Source: Marine Group II euryarchaeote MED-G37 (lineage in GTDB: Archaea > Thermoplasmatota > Poseidoniia > Poseidoniales > Thalassarchaeaceae). Taken from it: a DNA stretch of 64,000 nt. The DNA is taken from the NCBI GenBank assembly GCA_002457555.1, contig NTJQ01000006.1:4468-68467 (forward strand). Direction: 5' to 3'. Shown one piece after another: positions 56,765-64,000 of this stretch (the stretch's first letter is position 1; each line of letters starts with the position of its first letter). Under the pieces are notes generated by a model. It made no database searches. It was not told where the DNA came from and worked only from the letters and a program-made list of their open reading frames with translations. The translations under genes and the position numbers were made by a program.

Positions 56765-57703
56765 TCAATGTGAGATTATGAGGCTAGGGTCGATATGCGA
56801 TTCGAGGTTCGCGAGGAACTCTATCTCTTCTGAGAAGGCTGCTTCTAAGTCAGTGCGTTTCTCGATGCTGAGTTCTGGTCTTTGGGTCTTTTTAGCTTTG
56901 TAACCAGGGCGGCGTAGTGGGTCGAAAATTGCCTTGCGAAGTTTGTGAGAAGGAAGGAGGATTTTGGCAAGTTTGACGAGGAACATTGGAGGTTGTCGAA
57001 GGAATCTGGCCCATCCTGCTTTGTTCATATCGCCGCCCTCGTTGTGATGGGGTAATTTTTGGTCAATAGGGAAAGGCGACTCGTCGAGCCATTCAAGGAT
57101 GCTGTTGAGGGTGGCTAAGGAATCGTTTCTAATCGACGAAATAGGGATTATTCGGATTCGGTTGGCTTCCGCTCCTCCTAAGGCTTCGACCCATTGTAAT
57201 GTCGGGTGTTTGAGACGAGGGAAGGAAAGGAAACTCCAGGTTTGTGGGTCCTCTGGATTTGCTTGATAATCACCGGCTGCAGCTGCTGCGAGCATTTCGG
57301 ACTGACTAATGTTGTAGTCGACTAATCGCTTTGAGTGCTCTTGATGCATGCTGAGCATCAATTCGATTGGGTCCCGGAGTGTGATGATTATTCTCGCATC
57401 CGGCATTTGGTCGCGGGCGGTTGTTAGTGCTCGATCTGAATAGAGGTGAAATACTGACTTATCCATCACCCAGGGTTCGCCACTAAATTTGTGGAAATCC
57501 GGTTCTGGGGTGATGATTGTGTGCCCTTTTGGGTGGATTGGAGCGGTTGGAAATTCCGCCACGCCCGCCATTAGAAAGTGGCTTTCATTTGGCCATGGGT
57601 GAAAAATAGATTCGTGGGTTCGAAGCCAATGCATGAGAGATGTTGTGCCGGTCTTCGGCCCGCCGATGAGTAGGAGGTTTGGGGTCTGATTGTATCTATG
57701 CAG
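56765..57703 (-). CDS. PAPS-dependent sulfotransferase, probable CTG start
   Basis: The frame stays open upstream of the track's ATG (57634) through GGPKTGTTSL (5'-PSB). There is no ATG/GTG/TTG before the in-frame TAA. GGAGG lies 7 nt before CTG 57703. LRDP 3'-PB motif present. Confidence 0.85.
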   Translation of the reverse strand: MHRYNQTPNLLLIGGPKTGTTSLMHWLRTHESIFHPWPNESHFLMAGVAEFPTAPIHPKGHTIITPEPDFHKFSGEPWVMDKSVFHLYSDRALTTARDQMPDARIIITLRDPIELMLSMHQEHSKRLVDYNISQSEMLAAAAAGDYQANPEDPQTWSFLSFPRLKHPTLQWVEALGGAEANRIRIIPISSIRNDSLATLNSILEWLDESPFPIDQKLPHHNEGGDMNKAGWARFLRQPPMFLVKLAKILLPSHKLRKAIFDPLRRPGYKAKKTQRPELSIEKRTDLEAAFSEEIEFLANLESHIDPSLIISH

Positions 57704-57776
57704 CCCGATTCCTCCTACTTATCGCGTGGGGATGCTGGTATTGAACGCCGCGCTAAAGTACGTCCTAATGCGAGAA

Positions 57777-58043
57777 TTATTCTTCTTCATTTCGCGCAGG
57801 GGGTGTTGAGAAATCGTGTGTATCGCGGAAGTGAGCAATAACCCGGGGTTCTGTTGAGTTGGTTGGCTCAATTTCGGATAATGAGTCGATATTGATGAAG
57901 CGCCTCGAGGTTCCATGACGGCTGCCGAAGTTTGAGTAGACTAGGTGTTTTGCATCTTCTTCGTCGGCGGCTACGACGTCAAGAGAGTAGTTTTGATTGG
58001 TCCTTCCATTACGGAATGTGCCAACGGCTCGGTATGCCTTCAT
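57777..58043 (-). CDS. rpl18a: 50S ribosomal protein L18a/LX
   Basis: MKAYRAVGTF...YSNFGSRHG..RR.INI pattern; start ATG 58043. Confidence 0.9.
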   Translation of the reverse strand: MKAYRAVGTFRNGRTNQNYSLDVVAADEEDAKHLVYSNFGSRHGTSRRFINIDSLSEIEPTNSTEPRVIAHFRDTHDFSTPPARNEEE

Positions 58044-58152
58044 GGCCTTCGCGACCCAAGTTTGTGTTTTAACCCAAACGGATAGCATTCGCGAAATGAA
58101 AAGGAGGGGGGAAGTGGTGATGATTTGCTAATTATACCCTCAAAATTGAAGT

Positions 58153-58665
58153 GTGTCGAGGTCTCGATTCTTCTCGATTGTTGTGGCGGTAGAAGAAGTC
58201 GGCGTTGATGATGCGTCGGAATCTAGACCGATGAATAAGGACGATTTGTTGGCTCACCTAAACGCATTTCCAAAGAGTCGTTTAGTGGAAGAAGTTGTTT
58301 CGATGTGGGAAGAATTGGGTGAATTGGAACGTGAGCTCGCCATGGCTAGACAGCGCGCTCGTGCTCTTGATGGTGAATTGGTCAATATCCGCTCAAAGTC
58401 TGGCGGGCGTGCAGATTTGGCTGAATTAGAAGAGCGATTTAGGGTTGCTGAATCTCGAAGAGGGCAGTTGGAAACTATGTTGGCCAATGAGCAAGGTCGG
58501 CGTAAGGACTTGGAAGAAGTAGTCGGAGAAGGCCGAGTTGACGAGTTACGAAGAGAAAACTCCAGCCTTATTCGTCGCGAAGAAGAACATATGTTGCTGA
58601 TATTAGATATGGAATCTAAAATTGACCAACTGATGGAGATCATTTCTAATCTCCAGGGAAATTGA
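58153..58665 (+). CDS. Coiled-coil hypothetical protein
   Basis: Heptad-rich E/R/L sequence; alternative start ATG 58231. Confidence 0.65.
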   Translation: MSRSRFFSIVVAVEEVGVDDASESRPMNKDDLLAHLNAFPKSRLVEEVVSMWEELGELERELAMARQRARALDGELVNIRSKSGGRADLAELEERFRVAESRRGQLETMLANEQGRRKDLEEVVGEGRVDELRRENSSLIRREEEHMLLILDMESKIDQLMEIISNLQGN

Positions 58666-58704
58666 TGGTGCTGGGATAAATTCGATAATGTATATAGAAG
58701 ATGG

Positions 58705-59268
58705 GTGTGTATAATGGTGGGTGTTGGTTGTCCGAAAGGATGTGGTGATTTAGAATACAAAGATGAGCGCCCCGGATCTTCTTTTGCTTTGATTTTCTTG
58801 GGGGCTATATGTTTGATTGTTGTTGTTCATGAATTGGTGTTTTCTGTTGATTTGTTTTTGCCTGTCATGCTGAGTATCGCTGGTTTATGGATGATCTATT
58901 ATGGGTTTTCAATGGATAAATTATCGCGTTTGAAGTGTGGTGTTTGCAAAGGTGTATTGATCGAAACTAAACAGATTGATGATTTGTTGAAAGATGATGC
59001 ATATTATTTCCGAAAAAGATTAGAAGTTTCTAAAAATGTCAGTTCATATGATTGTCCTGATTGTAATGAAAAAATGCGGAGGTTCACTATAACGGCCAGA
59101 CAAAAAACCGACTATACTAGTGTTGGGGGATTTGTTGTTTCTGCTCTATCTATGGATAAAATAAAGCAAATTGATGGTTGTTCAATGTGTGATTTACTTT
59201 GGCTTGATGTTGATGAAGAGAATTTGCTTTCTGGTAAAGGCCACAATATCATACGGAATAGTCAGTGA
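58705..59268 (+). CDS. Membrane protein with zf-TFIIB-like zinc ribbon(s)
   Basis: CPKGC, 2 TM helices, CGVC, then CPDCNEKM...IDGCSMCDLLWLD. Confidence 0.65.
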   Translation: MCIMVGVGCPKGCGDLEYKDERPGSSFALIFLGAICLIVVVHELVFSVDLFLPVMLSIAGLWMIYYGFSMDKLSRLKCGVCKGVLIETKQIDDLLKDDAYYFRKRLEVSKNVSSYDCPDCNEKMRRFTITARQKTDYTSVGGFVVSALSMDKIKQIDGCSMCDLLWLDVDEENLLSGKGHNIIRNSQ

Positions 59269-59272
59269 TTTC

Positions 59273-60085
59273 TTAGGAATTCATTGTTGATATAAATTCT
59301 TTCAAGACTCTTTGTAGTTCGTCTGCATCATCAAAGGATTCTGTTAGATTTCCAGTAATTATCCAATCTGCACCGGCTTCGACCGCGCGCCTTGCTGTTG
59401 CGCCATCACGAATTCCTCCGCCAACAATCAATGTCAGATTGCATGACTCGCGCGCGGTGCGAATTAATTCAGGGTCAACTGGAGTGTGAGCTCCGCTTCC
59501 AGCCTCGAGGTAGAGGAGTTTGAATCCGTAGGATTGAGCTGTCATAGCGTATGCTGCCGCCCTGTCGTTTTGGCCGGACTCTAGTAAGTTCGCTTCCCCG
59601 ACTTCTCCAACTCTACCACCTGGTGCACAAACAACGTACCCCATTGGCAAGGTTTCAACGCCGGCCTGTCGAATGAATGGGGCGCCGGCTAGTTGTTCTT
59701 CGATGAGGAATTTTGGAGTTGTACTATTCATCAGCATCATGAATGTGATGCCGTCTGCTGAAGGAGATAATGCAGCGGCGCCTGCAGGGAATAATACGAT
59801 CGGTACAATCCAAGATTCTTCATCAAGATCAGAATCTTGGCTAGATGCCCATGTAACTAGTTCGAGAGCTTCTTTGATGGCTATGACTGTATTGTGGACA
59901 TTTCCCATATCAGTACCTGTCGAGCCACCGACTAATACCATACTAGAGCCGGCTGATACCGCCGCCATGCATCGTTTTGCAGCCATCTCTGGTGTTTGAT
60001 CGGCTGGATCTATGAGTATGGCATGCCTAGCCACACCAGTGGTGTTGCTGACATAGCGGAGGGTCGGGCCTGGCTCTCCCACCAT
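59273..60085 (-). CDS. Geranylgeranylglyceryl phosphate (GGGP) synthase
   Basis: LIDPAD, LVGGST, YLEAGSGA, IVGGGIR, GAD motifs. Confidence 0.93.
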   Translation of the reverse strand: MVGEPGPTLRYVSNTTGVARHAILIDPADQTPEMAAKRCMAAVSAGSSMVLVGGSTGTDMGNVHNTVIAIKEALELVTWASSQDSDLDEESWIVPIVLFPAGAAALSPSADGITFMMLMNSTTPKFLIEEQLAGAPFIRQAGVETLPMGYVVCAPGGRVGEVGEANLLESGQNDRAAAYAMTAQSYGFKLLYLEAGSGAHTPVDPELIRTARESCNLTLIVGGGIRDGATARRAVEAGADWIITGNLTESFDDADELQRVLKEFISTMNS

Positions 60086-60117
60086 GACCTTGCGTAGCGA
60101 TTTACTGTCTAAGTGTT

Positions 60118-60756
60118 TCAGGCGGTTGATGCAAGTGAACGCCCAAGTTCTACTTCTTGCTCCAAAGATAGTAATGGATCTTCACCACTCCAATCCATCA
60201 ATTGTAACCACTTTCCATCGCTTCGTGGTGGTTCTTGCTCAGCCGGCCACCAAATTTCAACAAGACCATCTGGTCTATGGCCCTCATAATTTGAGCCCGC
60301 CAATTCCTCATTATGTACACCACCACGCCAGTGAATTGAGGATGTGGTTTCTGGTTTTGTTATTACTTTCTCGACCGATAATGTAGAACCTGATGAATAC
60401 CCAGCGCCCTCAAAGGAGATGGTGGTTTCACCTAATTTTGATTTGTTTTGATTGATTGAAGTTCTCAGATGGAGGTTTGCGCCCCTTTCAACTAACTTTG
60501 TTGCCAGTGCTTTTTCGAGCCAGGAACGGCGTACCGCCGTGTCGGGTGTTGTTGGTATTTGAGAACCCAAATTCCCCAGCCATTCATTTGAGATGGTATT
60601 CGAAAGTGGTTGGGAAATTAATCCGGGTAATTCCCCTATCAAGCCCGCCTCTGCACGCTCAGAGATTAGGTGTAGTTCCGCATTTGGGTGTAAATCAAAG
60701 ATAGTATGAGCGCAAACCAATTGTGATAGTTCGATTCCGACAATAGCTATTTTCAA
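60118..60756 (-). CDS. Degenerate NAD/FAD-binding-fold protein, geranylgeranyl reductase-like
   Basis: MKIAIVG beta-strand with no intact GxGxxG; RRSWLEKALA...RGA segment resembles GGR. Only 212 aa. Confidence 0.5.
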   Translation of the reverse strand: MKIAIVGIELSQLVCAHTIFDLHPNAELHLISERAEAGLIGELPGLISQPLSNTISNEWLGNLGSQIPTTPDTAVRRSWLEKALATKLVERGANLHLRTSINQNKSKLGETTISFEGAGYSSGSTLSVEKVITKPETTSSIHWRGGVHNEELAGSNYEGHRPDGLVEIWWPAEQEPPRSDGKWLQLMDWSGEDPLLSLEQEVELGRSLASTA

Positions 60757-60986
60757 CTTCCCACAGCTCCAAATTTAACCACTTTGTGTTTGATCTTCTC
60801 AAAGAAAAGAGCGTGTACGGGGCATGTAGGAATACAAAGATCGCAATGTGTGCATTTTGGTTCGTCTATAATTACCAATAGATTCGAGAGATCTAGTGCG
60901 TCGACGGGGCAAACGGCAACGCATGCCGCACAACCAAAGCAGCGCCCCTCGTCTAGTGAGAGGAGTTCTCCTATACGCCTCGGCAT
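60753..60986 (-). CDS. 2x[4Fe-4S] ferredoxin
   Basis: CFGCAACVAVCP and CTHCDLCIPTCP motifs. Confidence 0.92.
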   Translation of the reverse strand: MPRRIGELLSLDEGRCFGCAACVAVCPVDALDLSNLLVIIDEPKCTHCDLCIPTCPVHALFFEKIKHKVVKFGAVGS

Positions 60987-61254
60987 TGGTTGGTGGGAAT
61001 GGTTTTCCTACTCAAACCCACCCCGACCCCTTGGTTTCCTGTGGAATGTTTTTTCTAAGCCAAAGAAGCGATAGAAAGTACGTTTCCTTCTCAATTAGCG
61101 ATATTCATTGAGCCTATACCACTACCAGTCCATAGCCATTGGGTGGCTTCTTCTCGAACCAATTTGATATCCTACCAATTCCAATGGAAATGTAGGGGTT
61201 CCTCATCACAACCCCCGGCATAGTTTGATTTGGAAAGAAAAACCCGACACCACC

Positions 61255-62562
61255 ATGGTCCTCTACTCGCCCGGGCGGACCACATCATATCCGACTGACC
61301 CAGTCGAGAAAGGAATCCGTCTGCATTTTTTGGGAGGCGGGGACGAAGTGGGCAACGTTGGTTGTGTACTCGAAGACAAAACAGGAACAAGAATCCTGAT
61401 AGATTACGGACTAGCACCTACAAGACCACCAAAGTATCCTTCAGAATGCCCCCCGGTGGACCACGCAATAATCACACATTCACATATCGATCACATAGGA
61501 ATGGCTCCTTGGTTGGTGGGCCACCACAATACTACTCTTCATGGAACAGAACTAACAGCAGCGGTTTCTGAAATGATGTGGCGAGACACATACAAAGTAT
61601 CCAGTATAGAGGGGTATCCGCTTCCATGGGATATGAGGGATCTCGATGTTGCACTGGGTGCTTGGCAAACCCACAACTTTGGAGAATGGTTCAATGTTGG
61701 AGAATGGCGGTTAAGATTCCACCGCGCTGGCCATATTCCTGGAGCTGCCATGATAGAAATCGAGACCCCAGAACTTCGTTTACTGTGGGGTGGAGATATG
61801 GATACTAGAATTGGTCCGAATGTCGGTGGCGCAAAACCGTTAGATTGCGACATCCTTTGTATTGAATCCACATATGGCGGCCGAGAACATCCTAATCGTC
61901 AGGAAGAGGAAGCACGACTAGTTACTAGAGTCAAAGAAGTTGTTGGTAGAGGCGGCGTGGCATTAATCCCCGCATTCGCATCTGGTAGGTGCCAGGACAT
62001 ACTTCGAATATTATACGAAGCCGCACCACATCTCAAAGTCCACTTCGATGGTATGGGGACCCGAGTCACTCAACATTGGATGAACAATCAACAATACATC
62101 CGAGATCCTACTGGTTTGGAAAAAATGTGGCGCTGGGCAAGAAAAGTACGTAGCAAATCCGATCGTAAGAAAGCCCTCGAAGCCGACGTTATTGTGACGA
62201 CTAGCGGTATGTTGGATGGCGGGCCAGCGATTTGGTACCTCAATCGTCTAAGGCACGATTTAGCAAATGCCATACTTCTCACAGGGTATCAAGCAGAAGG
62301 ATCAGGAGGTAGGAGCCTTCTAGACAGCCACAAACTACCAATTTATGGAAATATAACACAAATCGATTTAGATGTAGATCAATTCCAACTTTCAAATCAT
62401 GCAGGACATTCAGAATTAGAGACATTTGTGCGTTCATGCAAACCAAAACATGTTGTGTTCTTTCACGGTGATACGGAAGCAAGAATTGCTATTGGCGCCG
62501 AATTCAAACAAACCCCCACCCCCCACTTTCCAGTGAACGGAACCGCTTTAATTCTGAAATAA
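61255..62562 (+). CDS. MBL-fold beta-CASP ribonuclease (aCPSF-like)
   Basis: FLGGGDEVG, THSHIDHIG, AGHIPG, IESTYG, FASGR, GYQAEGSGGR, SNHAG motifs. Confidence 0.92.
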   Translation: MVLYSPGRTTSYPTDPVEKGIRLHFLGGGDEVGNVGCVLEDKTGTRILIDYGLAPTRPPKYPSECPPVDHAIITHSHIDHIGMAPWLVGHHNTTLHGTELTAAVSEMMWRDTYKVSSIEGYPLPWDMRDLDVALGAWQTHNFGEWFNVGEWRLRFHRAGHIPGAAMIEIETPELRLLWGGDMDTRIGPNVGGAKPLDCDILCIESTYGGREHPNRQEEEARLVTRVKEVVGRGGVALIPAFASGRCQDILRILYEAAPHLKVHFDGMGTRVTQHWMNNQQYIRDPTGLEKMWRWARKVRSKSDRKKALEADVIVTTSGMLDGGPAIWYLNRLRHDLANAILLTGYQAEGSGGRSLLDSHKLPIYGNITQIDLDVDQFQLSNHAGHSELETFVRSCKPKHVVFFHGDTEARIAIGAEFKQTPTPHFPVNGTALILK

Positions 62563-62652
62563 GTGAGTTTTCGACGGTATTTATCATAAGCCGACCGTAT
62601 TCTTCATGTTCCACGTAGCCTATGCGCTATAGTAAGAAAGACAGGTGAAAAA

Positions 62653-64000
62653 ATGGAAGTAAAACAATTAGATGACTACTTTGGATATACTGCGAAAGGC
62701 AGTTCCCTAGAGGGCGAAATTAGAGCTGGAATGACAACATTCCTGACGATGGCGTATATTTTATTCGTCAACCCAGATATGTTGAATCTCGGCTTTACGG
62801 CAACAGATACCACTGCCTCAATAGGGATTCCTTTCGATGATGCACTTTTCGCGACCGCAGTTGCTGCGTTCGTGGGCTGTGTTATCATGGGATTGTGGGC
62901 GAACTTACCCTTCGCCTTGGCTCCTGGAATGGGGCTGAACGCGTACTTCGCGTTTACCGTAGTACTCGGGGACAATGGAATTGGATGGGAGATGGCTCTA
63001 TTCGCCGTTTTCCTTGAAGGTATTCTATTCCTGATATTATCTCTACCTCAAGTGGGTGCGAGAACCGCTATGATAAATGCAATACCAACCGATCTTAAGA
63101 TCGCTACTGGAGCAGGTATTGGTATGTTTTTGGCAATTATTGGGCTAAGAGAAATGGGCTGGATCGTTAATGACAACGCCACCCTAGTACAACTAACTCC
63201 TGAGTTAGAAGGAATCGGCTTAGCCAATGGCGAACTATGGGGCATGCTATGCCTAGTAGGTATGGCAGCAATGATGGCGAGAGGCGTAAAGGGAGCAATT
63301 GCGTATGGTATTCTTGGAACGAGCATCATCGCTTGGCTTCTGGGCGAATTCCACAACCCGGTTGTAGATACATACAATGTAACCGACTTCAACGCAGCAG
63401 AGGTAACATTCTCTGCATCAGCACTCGTTGATGTAGCCAACTGGCCTGGCGACTCATTCATGGCCGCCTTCGGCGACAACGGAATGGGTAATTTGGGAGA
63501 CGGCGTAAGTTACGGCGACTTCTTTATGATAATGGTAGCATTCCTCTTTGTAGATATTTTTGACACAGCAGGAACTCTATACTCTGTCGGCCGTCAAGCC
63601 GGATATGTCGACGACGACGATCAACTACACAACTCCGACGAAGCCTTCATGGCAGACGCTGGAGCAACAGTTGTTGGTGCTGTATTTGGTACAAGCACCA
63701 CAACGACATACATCGAGTCCGCAGCAGGTGTTGAAGAAGGTGGAAAGACCGGTCTAACCGCTGTAACAGTCGGTGTAATGATGCTATCTGGTCTATTATT
63801 AGCTGGATTATTCAAGCAAATCCCAACATTCGCAGCTGCACCCGCTCTGGTAATTGTTGGAGCAATGATGATGAGGCAAGCAGCAGATATTGACTGGTCT
63901 AACACAGGCAACTCAATTCCTGCATTCATTACAATGGTCATGATGCCTTTCACATACTCTATTGCAGCAGGTATTGCATGGGGTATCATCAGCTACGTAG
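62653..64000 (+). CDS. NCS2/AzgA-type purine permease, partial (runs off the window end)
   Basis: Read from the sequence: MEVKQLDDYF...EIRAGMTTFLTMAYILFVNP, LAPGMGLNAYF, DIFDTAGT, TTTYIESAAG...GG.TGL, MPFTYSIA. Confidence 0.92.
   Translation, partial: MEVKQLDDYFGYTAKGSSLEGEIRAGMTTFLTMAYILFVNPDMLNLGFTATDTTASIGIPFDDALFATAVAAFVGCVIMGLWANLPFALAPGMGLNAYFAFTVVLGDNGIGWEMALFAVFLEGILFLILSLPQVGARTAMINAIPTDLKIATGAGIGMFLAIIGLREMGWIVNDNATLVQLTPELEGIGLANGELWGMLCLVGMAAMMARGVKGAIAYGILGTSIIAWLLGEFHNPVVDTYNVTDFNAAEVTFSASALVDVANWPGDSFMAAFGDNGMGNLGDGVSYGDFFMIMVAFLFVDIFDTAGTLYSVGRQAGYVDDDDQLHNSDEAFMADAGATVVGAVFGTSTTTTYIESAAGVEEGGKTGLTAVTVGVMMLSGLLLAGLFKQIPTFAAAPALVIVGAMMMRQAADIDWSNTGNSIPAFITMVMMPFTYSIAAGIAWGIISYV

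Noticed and set aside
60993-61021. Hairpin just upstream of the ferredoxin start
   Set aside because: Short, with a bulged stem and no recognisable RNA family. Too weak without conservation data.
62563-62652. Possible purine riboswitch upstream of the NCS2 permease
   Set aside because: No match to the purine riboswitch core. Only short inverted repeats and a TATA-like element are present.
3522-63989. Many 60-165-aa ORFs in the track that overlap real genes (for example 6452-6946, 22264-22731, 58254-58760, 63048-63479)
   Set aside because: They are antisense or alternate-frame shadows of well-supported CDSs and carry no motifs of their own.

Overview
Archaeal chromosomal DNA, most likely from a Marine Group II euryarchaeon (Ca. 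Poseidoniales). The assignment is inferred from archaeal markers (GGGP synthase, thermosome, prefoldin alpha, L18a/LX, PINA-type ATPase, beta-CASP nuclease) together with bacterial-type purN/purH, lipobox peptidases and a thrombospondin-3-repeat surface enzyme. The window holds about 65 CDSs and one tRNA-Leu(GAG). I saw no rRNA, CRISPR array, integrase or transposase. Housekeeping genes (purN/H/Q/L, pyrF, thrC, ftsY, pfdA) alternate with accessory blocks. Best lead: a self-contained sulfation module at 52.3-57.7 kb, lying between rplX and pfdA-ftsY. It has an APS kinase fused to a small HxGH nucleotidyltransferase (candidate non-canonical ATP sulfurylase, making a compact PAPS synthase), two sulfotransferases (one apparently CTG-initiated) and a CxxC-domain/CysQ fusion. 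Other leads: a carotenoid cluster (ABC1 kinase, crtB, crtI, SDR, redoxin, ABA4-like protein); a membrane protein with a predicted cytoplasmic fascin-like beta-trefoil; a WW-domain membrane protein; a phospho-lyase/kinase pair resembling hydroxylysine catabolism; a GNAT-PLP fusion; a PIN-less PINA; and a degenerate GGR-like gene between ferredoxin and GGGPS. All family calls come from motif recognition by eye, not database searches.
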